A stretch of DNA of 57,794 bases from a virus (lineage: Duplodnaviria > Caudoviricetes), in the IMG/VR virus record IMGVR_UViG_3300036846_000250, positions 1 through 57,794 of that record. The stretch is one strand, 5' to 3'. The notes under the pieces are model-generated. The model made no database searches and was not told the origin of the DNA. It saw nothing but the letters and a program-made list of their open reading frames with translations. The position numbers and the translations under genes were made by a program. Positions within the stretch are counted from its first letter, which is position 1. Each line of letters opens with the position of its first letter. Of the stretch, positions 46,274-55,412 are shown one piece after another.

Positions 46274-46488
46274 TTCGCCGTCCTTAATCGTTTGAGCACA
46301 GGGCACAAATTGAACATGTGCCGACGTGCTGCTTCCTGACGGTTGTGCATCTGGCGTGTTTCCGGCCGGAGCTTGGCATATCGCCGATACAACACCATCG
46401 AGTTTTTCAGACTGTGAATGACGCTGCGTTTCTGTTCATCGTTTAGTTCGAGAACGACCGGCTGGCCGTTTTTTCTTTTCACTGCCAT
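46270..46488 (-). CDS. Hypothetical protein
   Basis: AAGGAGG RBS, MAVKRKNG... Confidence 0.6.
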   Translation of the reverse strand: MAVKRKNGQPVVLELNDEQKRSVIHSLKNSMVLYRRYAKLRPETRQMHNRQEAARRHMFNLCPVLKRLRTAK

Positions 46489-46591
46489 GTAGTTTTTCCT
46501 CCTTGTTTGGTGGCGCGAGATCGAACAGATCAAGCGCGGTTTTTTTGACTGGTTTGCAGCCGAAGCTGCCGCAAATGATTCCGACCGTCGG

Positions 46592-46619
46592 AAGCTTATC
46601 TGCGTTTGGTGATAAGCTT
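46592..46619 (+). repeat. 28-bp palindromic element, copy 14
   Basis: AAGCTTATCTGCGTTTGGTGATAAGCTT. Confidence 0.95.
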
Positions 46620-46730
46620 TCCCGCTGCGGACAGAGCGCATACAGTGCGCCATGACCTTGGCCGAGGACGTAGCCGCATTTGCACGACCACGAATCGGTT
46701 TTCCTGCTGTAGATCAGGCTGTGCGTGAGT

Positions 46731-47045
46731 TCACGCTTCGCCAGTGTTTTCGATGAGTTCTTCGAGGCGTTCATGTAGTTTGGTTTCCAGTGTTGACCGA
46801 GCTTGCAAAAACGGAATGCCTTGCTCGACGGCGGCGACCGCCGACTTGATTGCTTTGCGGTGGCAATTGGCAATCACTTCGGCGTCGCCATTATAGGCTG
46901 CAATGATATCGTGCTCGATGATCAGTGCCTGCTCGCTCTCTCCGTTGACATTCCGCTGATACGCGGCGTCGAACACGACCATCAGCGACGCGGTGAGTTG
47001 CTCGCCGAATTGCCTGCGCGTTCGTTTAGGTTTTTTCTTTTTCAC
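46731..47045 (-). CDS. Hypothetical protein
   Basis: Small ORF in the operon. Confidence 0.55.
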   Translation of the reverse strand: MKKKKPKRTRRQFGEQLTASLMVVFDAAYQRNVNGESEQALIIEHDIIAAYNGDAEVIANCHRKAIKSAVAAVEQGIPFLQARSTLETKLHERLEELIENTGEA

Positions 47046-47277
47046 GGGCTATAACGTTTCCGGTGTAACTTATGATTCCTCTCTTGTGCAATTTACGCAG
47101 CTCTGGAACAAGCTGCACGATTTCACCGAGTATCCATGACGCCACCCATTGCTGATAACCTTCGGCGATTTCGGCTCGCGTGAGTTTTTCGGTGGCGAAT
47201 CCAAGCGATGGACCGTTGCGCATGTGGCGCAATAATTCGAGGGCGCGCTGGCGTCGTGTGTTGCTTATCTTCGGCAT
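47026..47277 (-). CDS. Hypothetical protein
   Basis: GGAGG RBS. Confidence 0.6.
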   Translation of the reverse strand: MPKISNTRRQRALELLRHMRNGPSLGFATEKLTRAEIAEGYQQWVASWILGEIVQLVPELRKLHKRGIISYTGNVIAREKEKT

Positions 47278-47456
47278 ACTGTTGTCCTCCGCGCGGTGTC
47301 GTTAGGGCATCGCAGTTCGTGACTGGCGACGCCGTTTATGACCAGCGCCGCGCATTGCGAACAGCGGACTTTAATTGCGCCGTCACTTCCGGCTGCATGG
47401 CTCTGATCGAATCCGCGCCGTTTCAATTTTCTTACTCGGTCGTGCGTTTTGCTCAT
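47265..47456 (-). CDS. Small Zn-finger protein
   Basis: VRCSQCAALVINGVASHELRCPN. Confidence 0.65.
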   Translation of the reverse strand: MSKTHDRVRKLKRRGFDQSHAAGSDGAIKVRCSQCAALVINGVASHELRCPNDTARRTTVCRR

Positions 47457-48598
47457 AATGATCGCGCCTCGTCGAGATAGTATTTCGACTTCTTGAATAT
47501 GAGAAGCGACCCGAGACTGCGCTCGATGCTGCGCTTCGCATCTTTGCGCGTGCCACGTTTGGCGAGCAAATCTTCCAGCGCCTTGATCGAAAACGACAGA
47601 CAGGCGGTGGCGACTTCCTCTCCGTAATCGCGCCGGACATTGGCGATTGCCAGACCTTCGTTGGTGACGGCGCGTGTAAGTTTTCGCGCCAGCCGATAGC
47701 CGTCGATCGAGTCAGGATCGCGCTCCATCAGCTCGGTATACTGGTCGAGGATGTATTCGACCGAGTGCATCCGATCTTTCAGAGCGCGGACATGCTCGCC
47801 GCGTTCTTCGGCGGATCGCCTGTTAATCGCTGTGAAACCGCCGTCCTTGATCTCGTCGGCAATTGCGCGGTCAAGCGCCTCGTCCGCCGCGATGCGCTCG
47901 GGACAGACGCGCTTGGCGCGACACCACTGGCACTGGATGCCGCCTGCGATCCGGCGCTGATCCGGCTGCTGGATTACTTGCACGCCTCGGCGCACAATTT
48001 CCAGCAGATCGTCGGATTGCTTGCGGCTGTAGACTCTCGCCTCCCACAGGCTGTCCGGATGGTGCGGATGTATCAGCGCGGCGACGACTTCCAGCGCGTC
48101 ATAATGCTCGGCGAGCAATGCTGCTTCGCTGCGGATTTGCCAATTTATTCCGACAGGCGGCGGCGTGACCCAACCGGTCTTGTCGTCGATCACCAGCAGT
48201 CGGCGTTCGTTAGGCTGCCAGTCGTGGCGATCGATACGCGCCGACCACAGATGATTCAGATCGGCGTCGACGTCCCAGTGGCGTTCTTCAAACTCGATGA
48301 TCGCGCCCTCGAATCCGTATTCGTGGACGATCTCGCTCTCTGCGTAGGCAATGCGCGAGGCGGTTTTTTCTTCGTTCTCTGCGAGATCGGAGAAGTCGCC
48401 AGCGGCCAGCGCGTCGTGGATTCTTTTGCCACGCGCGGCGACGGCCGTGTCGTCCTCGTTAGGCATTCTCTGGCAGAGTGCCCTCTTACCTGGGCAGCGG
48501 AACTCGGAGTCGAATCCGCTGGCGCTCGGCAGGCCTTCGGACTCAATGTCGTGCGGATTTATTTTTTCGGGACGGCTGCGCTTTGCTCGCTTCGGCAT
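47453..48598 (-). CDS. PD-(D/E)xK exonuclease (DUF2800/Cas4-like)
   Basis: SAS.....CPG, G..IH, ARID, VIDDKTG, Q, CQWC.AK..CP. Confidence 0.8.
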   Translation of the reverse strand: MPKRAKRSRPEKINPHDIESEGLPSASGFDSEFRCPGKRALCQRMPNEDDTAVAARGKRIHDALAAGDFSDLAENEEKTASRIAYAESEIVHEYGFEGAIIEFEERHWDVDADLNHLWSARIDRHDWQPNERRLLVIDDKTGWVTPPPVGINWQIRSEAALLAEHYDALEVVAALIHPHHPDSLWEARVYSRKQSDDLLEIVRRGVQVIQQPDQRRIAGGIQCQWCRAKRVCPERIAADEALDRAIADEIKDGGFTAINRRSAEERGEHVRALKDRMHSVEYILDQYTELMERDPDSIDGYRLARKLTRAVTNEGLAIANVRRDYGEEVATACLSFSIKALEDLLAKRGTRKDAKRSIERSLGSLLIFKKSKYYLDEARSL

Positions 48599-48818
48599 GT
48601 TTCCTCCTTTCGTCTGTTATGATTTTGTGCGTGCGGACTGCGTTGCGAAACACGCTGACAATTTCCAGCGTGGTCGGATACGCGCTCATCAGGACTCGCA
48701 CAGGCGTAATGATGAGATCGTCGCAGACATTGCAGCAAGTGCCGTCGGTGATGATCGGCGACGCGCTGCACATTTGGTGTCGTTCAAGATTTTCTCGACC
48801 GCAGAATTCGCAGTTCAT
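48543..48818 (-). CDS. Small Cys-rich protein
   Basis: CEFCG...ASPI..GTCCNVCD...P.R. Confidence 0.6.
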   Translation of the reverse strand: MNCEFCGRENLERHQMCSASPIITDGTCCNVCDDLIITPVRVLMSAYPTTLEIVSVFRNAVRTHKIITDERRKHAEASKAQPSRKNKSARH

Positions 48819-49009
48819 CGCGCCCCCTCCCATTTGTGATGTCGTTGCCAATTTAATTCCGCTTCGGCAATGATGCGTTCGACGAAGGAATGGAACAACG
48901 AATGATTGTGATAAAGCCACCAAAGTTCGTCGACGGTGACGTTGTCCGGCAATAGTGGGCGCGGAGGCGACGGCATGCCCATGAGATCTTTGCTAATGCG
49001 TTCGCTCAT
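48815..49009 (-). CDS. Hypothetical protein
   Basis: GGAGG RBS, coupled. Confidence 0.55.
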   Translation of the reverse strand: MSERISKDLMGMPSPPRPLLPDNVTVDELWWLYHNHSLFHSFVERIIAEAELNWQRHHKWEGAR

Positions 49010-49398
49010 CGCGCCTCCTCTCGTTTGCGCCGTCGCGGTTTCTTTTTGCTGCCATGTAGTTTTTCCTCCTTGTTAGGCCAATTCCAGTTCAGATGCCAGT
49101 GCGCTCCGGCGTGGCCTTTTTCGCCTAGGCACTGCAATTTTTCTCGACGCAGCTCATCGGTGACGATCGTTGTCGATGGACAGAGTTTGCTGCTCAACAG
49201 GTCTGGATGCGCTTCGACTGGCTCGACGGTGAGGTATGTCGCCTCCGGCCATTGTGCGCGTAGTTTCTCGACCGAATCGTAGACGAGCAGAAATCCGACC
49301 GACTCGTCCATCGGCGCGATGCGCTGCGGCATCGGCGTCAAGGCGGTGATTTTGTCCCACCGTTGCAGGATCATCACGATGTATTTCAGCTCAGCCAT
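49006..49398 (-). CDS. Hypothetical protein with C-x-GEKGH-x3-H motif
   Basis: AAGGAG RBS; motif shared with 40392..40625. Confidence 0.55.
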   Translation of the reverse strand: MAELKYIVMILQRWDKITALTPMPQRIAPMDESVGFLLVYDSVEKLRAQWPEATYLTVEPVEAHPDLLSSKLCPSTTIVTDELRREKLQCLGEKGHAGAHWHLNWNWPNKEEKLHGSKKKPRRRKREEAR

Positions 49399-49628
49399 TC
49401 GCGGTTCTCCTTTCGCCACTGGCGTATTTCCTCGATCATGCGCTTGAATGTTTCCCACGCGGTGTCGTTCATCGCTAATAGGTGATGAATGATCGACGCC
49501 ATGATGAGGCCGATGCGGTCGTGATCGTCCTCGCTGATTTTGCCGTCCATGTAAAGGTCGCGTAACTCCTGACAGTGACGCTGGACGGTTGCGACTCGCT
49601 CTGCTTGCAATTGTGCTTCTGTTTTCAT
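49386..49628 (-). CDS. Hypothetical protein
   Basis: GGAGG RBS, coupled. Confidence 0.6.
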   Translation of the reverse strand: MKTEAQLQAERVATVQRHCQELRDLYMDGKISEDDHDRIGLIMASIIHHLLAMNDTAWETFKRMIEEIRQWRKENREWLS

Positions 49629-49885
49629 TTTTTCTTCCTCCATTTTTTGCGATCCGGACACGTTGCGAAGTGCGACACGTAAAGCAGTTCGCCGTCGGCG
49701 CGGAATTTTTCGAGTGCTTGGTTGGTCTGATACATGGCAATCGGCGGCAGATGTTCGCGCTCGCCGAGCATGATGTTTCCCTCTTTGGTTGGAGTGGCGT
49801 CGAGCGGCATGCGCGATCCTGTGATCGTTACCGACCACAGGACCGACGCGCCACACGACCGGCATTTGTCGTGTTTGCTAGCCAT
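49625..49885 (-). CDS. Zn-binding phage protein
   Basis: CRSCGA.V.W..T..G.RMPLD...YVSHFATCP. Confidence 0.75.
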   Translation of the reverse strand: MASKHDKCRSCGASVLWSVTITGSRMPLDATPTKEGNIMLGEREHLPPIAMYQTNQALEKFRADGELLYVSHFATCPDRKKWRKKK

Positions 49886-51104
49886 TGTCGATTTCCTCCG
49901 CTGCGAGGCATAGCGCGGCGTCGAGCAACAAAGTATCTTCCTCCCATGTGCCTTTGTATGGTTTCGCCTGCCAGTTCTCGATCCACCATTCAAGCGACGC
50001 GCGGCTCAATTTGCCGAGCGGTGTGCCTTCTTTTTCGCCGAAATGGATTTTGACTCTGCGCCAATCATCGATGCCGTGCTGGCCGAGGAAATCGCGCGGC
50101 TTGCCGCCTTGCGAGAACTTGCGACGCGCCGGACGCTGCTGTTCTGCGGCTGGCGGCGTGGCTTTCGCTTTGCCGTTGACGCTCGGTTCGCGCTCCGGTG
50201 TGCCGCTGTCGAACGGAGATTTTTCCTGCGGCTTTTCCTGCGGCTTGTTAGGCTTTTCTTCGTCGGCCTGCTGCGCCTTCCATGCCGAGAGCAAACCTTG
50301 CTTCGATCTGTCGTCGAGGCACCGGCGCAAAATACCTGGCTTGATCGCGCCGACTGTTTTCGTGCGACCGTCGATGAGTTTTTTATCCTGCAAGAGGCGA
50401 AGCAAAAATCCCTCCGGTATATTGTGCTCCGACAGGAACGTGGACAGCTCAAGCAGATCGGCGGTTGCGGTGCTGGTTTCTGCTGCTGTGGTTTCCTCAT
50501 ACGCCTTGGTGCGGCGGTGGCCTTGCGTAGGCGACGACGAGGCGATGACGACGGAGTCAGTATCTTCGTCCGCTGTGAGGATGCCGAACGAATTTACAAA
50601 CGCGTATCGCTTGGCGAACGTGAGCGCGGCCGCGAATTTCTGCGCGTCGCTCATGTATGCCTCAGGATCAATCGGGACGAGGAACGACGAGCGTTCGGAA
50701 TGTCCGGCATTGTGCGTGACGATGCAGAACGCTTCGACCGAGCGGCCTTCGATTTTCGCGTCGGTGCGATAATTAAAGCCGTGCTCTTTCAGCAGGTCTT
50801 TCACCTGCGTGACGATGCTGTCCAGCGGCGCGTAACGATAGCGGACGCTCTTGCCGTCTTTGTTCATTACCTCCTTCGCCTTTTTGATGATCGGACACGC
50901 TGCTTGGAACGCGGCGAGCGCGACGTGAAACTGGTCACGCGCCCACTCCGACTTTAGCTGCGTGCGCATCGCTAGAAGTTTTTCCATCGTTTCGACGTTG
51001 ACGTTTTTGTCGATTGCCTGCGCGATCAGCAAGTGAACGTCTTTCGCATCGCCACTCAACGGAGCAGCGACGGTTTCTTTGACTGCGGTTTGTTTCTTTG
51101 CCAT
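49878..51104 (-). CDS. erf: ERF-family single-strand annealing protein
   Basis: Y.YAPLDSI, H..GH.E, Q..AAALTFAKRY...FGI...DEDTD. Confidence 0.85.
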   Translation of the reverse strand: MAKKQTAVKETVAAPLSGDAKDVHLLIAQAIDKNVNVETMEKLLAMRTQLKSEWARDQFHVALAAFQAACPIIKKAKEVMNKDGKSVRYRYAPLDSIVTQVKDLLKEHGFNYRTDAKIEGRSVEAFCIVTHNAGHSERSSFLVPIDPEAYMSDAQKFAAALTFAKRYAFVNSFGILTADEDTDSVVIASSSPTQGHRRTKAYEETTAAETSTATADLLELSTFLSEHNIPEGFLLRLLQDKKLIDGRTKTVGAIKPGILRRCLDDRSKQGLLSAWKAQQADEEKPNKPQEKPQEKSPFDSGTPEREPSVNGKAKATPPAAEQQRPARRKFSQGGKPRDFLGQHGIDDWRRVKIHFGEKEGTPLGKLSRASLEWWIENWQAKPYKGTWEEDTLLLDAALCLAAEEIDNG

Positions 51105-51162
51105 AGTAGTTTTCCTCCTTAGTGGCTGGCGGGGCAGACTTGGCTGCGCCGCCAGCCTGTTT

Positions 51163-51387
51163 TTAGCTTGTGGTTCGTTGTGTGCTCAACAGCCACGATT
51201 CGACATCGCGGACATTGACATAGTAACGCGCCTTCTCGGCGCTGCTGCTTCTGATTGACGGAATGAGACCTTCACGGATCGCCTTTCTGATGCTGGCGAC
51301 CGGCGCCCACGGATACTTATTTTTTATTTCCGCGAGCGCTTTGCTTTGCAGGACTCGTCCGTCCGACTGGTTTTGTTTTTTTGCCAT
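51163..51387 (-). CDS. Small excisionase/MerR-like HTH protein
   Basis: SIRKAIREGLIPS......RYYV...DVESWL. Confidence 0.6.
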   Translation of the reverse strand: MAKKQNQSDGRVLQSKALAEIKNKYPWAPVASIRKAIREGLIPSIRSSSAEKARYYVNVRDVESWLLSTQRTTS

Positions 51388-51592
51388 TGCTGGCCTCCTT
51401 CGGTTGTGCTGCCGGAATTACTTTCGCTGACAATCCGGCTGCGATTCGTTGGCCGCACAGATAGACGCGCCTCTGGTCGGCGCTTGACAGGCCCTCGAGG
51501 ACTTCGTCCATCTTGCTGCGTGTTTTTTCCTTGCTGTGTAGCTGCGCCCAATCACGGGCGCGCTCTACGACTTGCTCATTGGTTAATGCCAT
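51317..51592 (-). CDS. Hypothetical protein
   Basis: MALTNEQVV... Confidence 0.5.
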   Translation of the reverse strand: MALTNEQVVERARDWAQLHSKEKTRSKMDEVLEGLSSADQRRVYLCGQRIAAGLSAKVIPAAQPKEASNGKKTKPVGRTSPAKQSARGNKK

Positions 51593-51594
51593 AA

Positions 51595-51682
51595 ATGCGT
51601 TTAGATTCGTTTTGTTTGGTGGTTGGCTATGGTCCCACAGGATCGCTCCAGAAAACGTGATATACGCGATTCTGGCGCGATT
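51595..51682 (+). repeat. ~100-bp bipartite element (family B), copy 5
   Basis: TAGATTCGTTTT-N38(TGGCTATGG)-AAAACGTGATATACGCGATTCTGGCGCG. Confidence 0.8.
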
Positions 51683-51726
51683 GTGGGGCATTCTAGTGCC
51701 GATCTTTGATCGGTTTATTCGCTGTA

Positions 51727-52377
51727 TCAGAGTCCGACAGATTCTACGATTTTGACTCTGAGCAGATCACGGAGTCGCTCGCGTTGCGCCGTGCCGAATG
51801 AATCGTTGTCGAGCGCGTGCAGAATATTCTCGAGCGGAACGGCGTCGAGGATTTCTTTTTTGAGCGCGTCGGCATCGTGGTCGCTGCCGAGTATATGTGC
51901 GAGCGCTTCGGCAAGCTGGCGCAAACCGAGACTGTCGATTCGCTGCTTCGCTGTCATGCGAGCGTTCGCCTCTTCGTCGGCAGCTTCTGCGAGTGCGTCA
52001 CGCCTTGATTGCCATCGCGCTTTCATCGCATCGGATAATTTTTTTCGGCCTTCTGGTGTCAGATGGTCGCCGCCGCCTTGTCTTGCGGTTTCCCAGCGTC
52101 GTGTTGCTGCGATGGATAATTTCTGGCGTGTCTCCGGCGAGAAATATCTCTGCTTGCCTGAATATCCGTAATGCAGGACAGCAACGTCTGTGGCGTCTAC
52201 GCGACGCTGAAACACCAGACGGTCTTCGATGCCGCCAAGATAATACTCGCCTTCGTCTTCGCCTTCCCTCGGTTCGTGTTGATGCACCCATTGGTCGCCG
52301 ACTTGTATGCACCACGGCCACCGACTGTCATTGCCGTCTTTTCTGATTTCCACTACGGGTTTTTCTTTATCTTCCAT
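51727..52377 (-). CDS. Protein with two NUMOD3-like DNA-binding repeats
   Basis: FSPETRQKLSIAATRRW and LTPEGRKKLSDAMKARW; AAGGAGG RBS. Confidence 0.7.
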   Translation of the reverse strand: MEDKEKPVVEIRKDGNDSRWPWCIQVGDQWVHQHEPREGEDEGEYYLGGIEDRLVFQRRVDATDVAVLHYGYSGKQRYFSPETRQKLSIAATRRWETARQGGGDHLTPEGRKKLSDAMKARWQSRRDALAEAADEEANARMTAKQRIDSLGLRQLAEALAHILGSDHDADALKKEILDAVPLENILHALDNDSFGTAQRERLRDLLRVKIVESVGL

Positions 52378-52491
52378 GCTTTCCTCCTTGGTTTGTGTTT
52401 TTATGTTTGAAAAGCCCTCTGATGCGTAAAAACGTTCGCAAAAAAAGGGGCGACAGACGACCGAACGCTGGTCTGTCAGCAGCGGTGCGGG

Positions 52492-52519
52492 AAGCTTATC
52501 TGCGTTTGGTGATAAGCTT
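52492..52519 (+). repeat. 28-bp palindromic element, copy 15
   Basis: GGG-AAGCTTATCTGCGTTTGGTGATAAGCTT-TCCC. Confidence 0.95.
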
Positions 52520-52531
52520 TCCCAGTGGTGT

Positions 52532-52804
52532 TTATCGGTTGAACGTGCCGTAGCTACGCGGCATGGTGCGCACGTCGTAGCCGCCACCGAACTGGTTCGG
52601 GCGCGACTGCCATTGCAGACCTTGCGGTCCATAGGCATCGTAGCCTCCACCGAACGGATTTGGTCGCACGTTCACAGTCCCACCGTTGGGATACTGGATG
52701 TTGTAACCTCCTCCGAACTGGTTCGGTCTGACTTGAATTGTGCTCTGTGCTTGCGCTGCGAGCGCGATGCAGCAGAACACGAATCCGATGATCAGTTTTT
52801 TCAT
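52532..52804 (-). CDS. Secreted small protein with three RPNxFGGGY repeats
   Basis: Signal peptide MKKLIIGFVFCCIALAAQA; AAGGAGG RBS. Confidence 0.75.
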   Translation of the reverse strand: MKKLIIGFVFCCIALAAQAQSTIQVRPNQFGGGYNIQYPNGGTVNVRPNPFGGGYDAYGPQGLQWQSRPNQFGGGYDVRTMPRSYGTFNR

Positions 52805-52884
52805 GGTTCCTCCTTGGTTTGTGGAGCGTGATTGCTCCGAGAGTGCGTCGCGGTTTGTTAGGCCGGACGCACGTTGCGGAACAC

Positions 52885-54318
52885 TCAGATTTCCAGCGCC
52901 TCGTCGAGGCTGTTGTCGTTGAATATCGACACGCGTTTCAGACGCGCCCTGACTTTGGCGCACGCCTTTTCCTCGACGGTGTCTGCTGCCCACACGATCT
53001 TCTGAATCGAATGCGCTCCGCCTGCGCGGTGGCAACGGCCAAGCGCCTGTTTCAAATCGATGCCGCTGAACGTGGGACTGATAAGAACGAGGCGCGGACG
53101 GCTGGTCGCCGTGCCGTGCAATGAGATTCCGAGGCCGCCTGCTTTCATGTTCATCAAAATGAACTGCTGACGGTCGGCGTTGAAATCATCGATCAGTTCC
53201 TGCCGGAACACGTCTTTGATTGCGCCAGTGATCAGATTCGTCGCCTGCCCTCCGAGTTTCTTCGACCATAGCTGCGCGTTTATCGACTGATCGAAATTCA
53301 GAACGACGACGACCGACATGCCTTCGGCTAAACCGTCTTGCGCCATTTGAATGAGCGACGGAACTTTCAACAGTTCGACCTGCTGGCGAGCGCGAAGCAT
53401 GATCGTCAACGCGCTGGCTTTCGCCGCTGCGCTGTCTTTCGCTGCACGCTCTCGAAGCTTGGCGAGTTCTTCGTGCATGGCACGATAGATCGACTCGATC
53501 TTGTCCGCGTCGTCCATCTCGTATGCCTCCGAAATGATCTGCGTCTGCGGGAAGCGTTCGCCGAGTTCGGCTACACGGATGCGACTGCCATGCATCGGAA
53601 AAATGCGATTGTGAATCAGCGACAGCATTCGCTGGCCGCCGACGTATTCCAGACCGAACCTGCCTTTGCGAACGCCATGCGACAACATCCATCCGTAGAA
53701 TTGCGACGGATGCGGGAACAGATGCGTGAGCAGGCCGACGAACTTCATGTGCATCGGATTGTCGACGGCGGTCGCCGAGAGCGCGAGAACGCGCCACCTC
53801 GCTTCGACCGCTGCGACTCCGACGGCGCACGTCAGCGTCCGGTAATCTTTCAGACGGTGACACTCATCGAACACAAGCAGGCGGCTGGCCAGCGACTGGC
53901 AAAAGTGAAACGTCTTGATGATTCGCTTCACGCCTTGCTTTTGCGTCCAGTATCCCCACTCGGTTGTGCCGCGACGGAGCAATTCGTAATTGATCGCAAC
54001 GCATCGCACGCCGAAAAGTTTCGCCATGCGCCTCCACGGCGGCAGGACGTTTTTCGGACAGGCGACGAACAGATCGCGCTCGAGGATGTAAGCGACTGCA
54101 CAGGCGACGGCTGTTTTGCCTGTGCCTGTGTCGCTGGCATCGAGTGCGCCTCGATACGAATCGATCGCCGACACAAGCTGCCGAATCGACGGAAGCTGAA
54201 ACGAAAAATCGTTTCCGGAGTCGATGCGAATCTGCTCGTAGATTGCGACCACTTCGGCGAAGCGTTCTTCATGCTCCGGCGACAGCCAGACTTGTTCTTC
54301 GATTGGCAGCGCGGTCAT
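52885..54318 (-). CDS. Superfamily 2 (SNF2-like) helicase
   Basis: DTGTGKT, FDECH, LSAT, AGGLGISL, QALGRCHR, DTVEE. Confidence 0.9.
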   Translation of the reverse strand: MTALPIEEQVWLSPEHEERFAEVVAIYEQIRIDSGNDFSFQLPSIRQLVSAIDSYRGALDASDTGTGKTAVACAVAYILERDLFVACPKNVLPPWRRMAKLFGVRCVAINYELLRRGTTEWGYWTQKQGVKRIIKTFHFCQSLASRLLVFDECHRLKDYRTLTCAVGVAAVEARWRVLALSATAVDNPMHMKFVGLLTHLFPHPSQFYGWMLSHGVRKGRFGLEYVGGQRMLSLIHNRIFPMHGSRIRVAELGERFPQTQIISEAYEMDDADKIESIYRAMHEELAKLRERAAKDSAAAKASALTIMLRARQQVELLKVPSLIQMAQDGLAEGMSVVVVLNFDQSINAQLWSKKLGGQATNLITGAIKDVFRQELIDDFNADRQQFILMNMKAGGLGISLHGTATSRPRLVLISPTFSGIDLKQALGRCHRAGGAHSIQKIVWAADTVEEKACAKVRARLKRVSIFNDNSLDEALEI

Positions 54319-54905
54319 AACAACATCCCTCGGACGTCCGACCAATCCTCGGCGGACATTCTTTCGGGGCACAGCGCGTGCGTTTCCGCCACGACGTGCG
54401 GATGCAGCAGGACTGTTCCTGCCTCTGTCCGGTCGCAATCGTATCCGGAGGCTTTTTTGATCACCCACAGCGGATTGCGAACGGCGAGAACGTTGTCGAC
54501 GGTGCGGATTACGACCGACGACTTGTCGTCTGCCGTGCATGTTCGACCGATTGGCTGACTGTATTGCTTCTGAATCTTGCCAAGGTCGGCGTGCTCGATT
54601 TTGCCAATGATGAACGGGCAGACTTGCATCGCATACATCGTGCAGTCCAAGTGCGCTGCTGGCTCGAAATAGGCGTTCGTTTCTGCGGCTTTGGGGCCGC
54701 CGACAAAGAACATCCATTTGCCGAGCGGCTTGGCGCACAGCTGGCAACGACGATACTCGATCACGAACAGGCGCGACGCCTCGTCGGTGACTCTGAAATC
54801 AGGATCACCATCCGGCTTGATCAGCGCGATGAACGGAATCGGCAGACCGCGCCACATCGGGCGCGAGATTAGATGCGGCGGAATCGGGACGGTGACTTTA
54901 TTCAT
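54315..54905 (-). CDS. Conserved Cys/His phage protein
   Basis: GLPIPF, CQLC, FVGGP, EPAAHLDC..YA..VCPF. Confidence 0.7.
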   Translation of the reverse strand: MNKVTVPIPPHLISRPMWRGLPIPFIALIKPDGDPDFRVTDEASRLFVIEYRRCQLCAKPLGKWMFFVGGPKAAETNAYFEPAAHLDCTMYAMQVCPFIIGKIEHADLGKIQKQYSQPIGRTCTADDKSSVVIRTVDNVLAVRNPLWVIKKASGYDCDRTEAGTVLLHPHVVAETHALCPERMSAEDWSDVRGMLL

Positions 54906-55026
54906 GGTTCGTCTTCTCCTTCATCGGTGACATCGACCGTCCAACCGTCTTTTTCTAATTGGCGGACAAGCTTATCACGTTCTCTGGTGGTTTTGACTTC
55001 GCGTTGAATGGTTAGTGTGAGGATTC

Positions 55027-55245
55027 TCATTGCGCCTCCTCCGCGCCTGAGGCTGTGCCGAACGGTGTGCCGTGGCTGCTTCCCATCGGGAAGTCGAGAT
55101 CGTAAGACTCATTGATCTTGCGACACTCGTCTTGCACGACTGGATGCCAGATGCCAGCAATCGGCGACAGCGCTTTGTAGTTATCTCGCGCCCACTGGCG
55201 AAAGATTTTTTCCTGCTCTGGTGTCAGGTCTTGAAACAGTTTCAT
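55027..55245 (-). CDS. Hypothetical protein
   Basis: FRQWARDNY...WHPVVQDEC..IN; AAGGAG RBS. Confidence 0.65.
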   Translation of the reverse strand: MKLFQDLTPEQEKIFRQWARDNYKALSPIAGIWHPVVQDECRKINESYDLDFPMGSSHGTPFGTASGAEEAQ

Positions 55246-55312
55246 TTTTCTCTCCTTGGTTGGTTTGGTTGTGTGTATTTCTGGTCTAGCAGCGGTCTGA
55301 GAACGGCTCGCG

Positions 55313-55412
55313 CCGCGCTCAGGATTGCGCTAGAATCGTTTTTCTGGTCGGTTGGCTATGGTCGGGCAGGTCTGCCAAACAAAACGATTCTAACGCGATT
55401 CTGGCGCGTTTA
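55313..55412 (+). repeat. ~100-bp bipartite element (family B), copy 6
   Basis: CAGGATTGCGC-TAGAATCGTTTT-N38-AAAACGATTCTA (perfect 12-bp inverted arms). Confidence 0.85.

Noticed and set aside
47453-48598. Cas4 / CRISPR adaptation gene
   Set aside because: A stand-alone PD-(D/E)xK exonuclease near ERF is an ordinary phage recombination module; no cas1/cas2 or array.
48655-48700. Third hammerhead (minus-strand CUGAUGA-GCG...CGC-UG-GAAA)
   Set aside because: Extra bases lie between stem II and GAAA, stems I and III are not evident, and it sits inside a plausible CDS.
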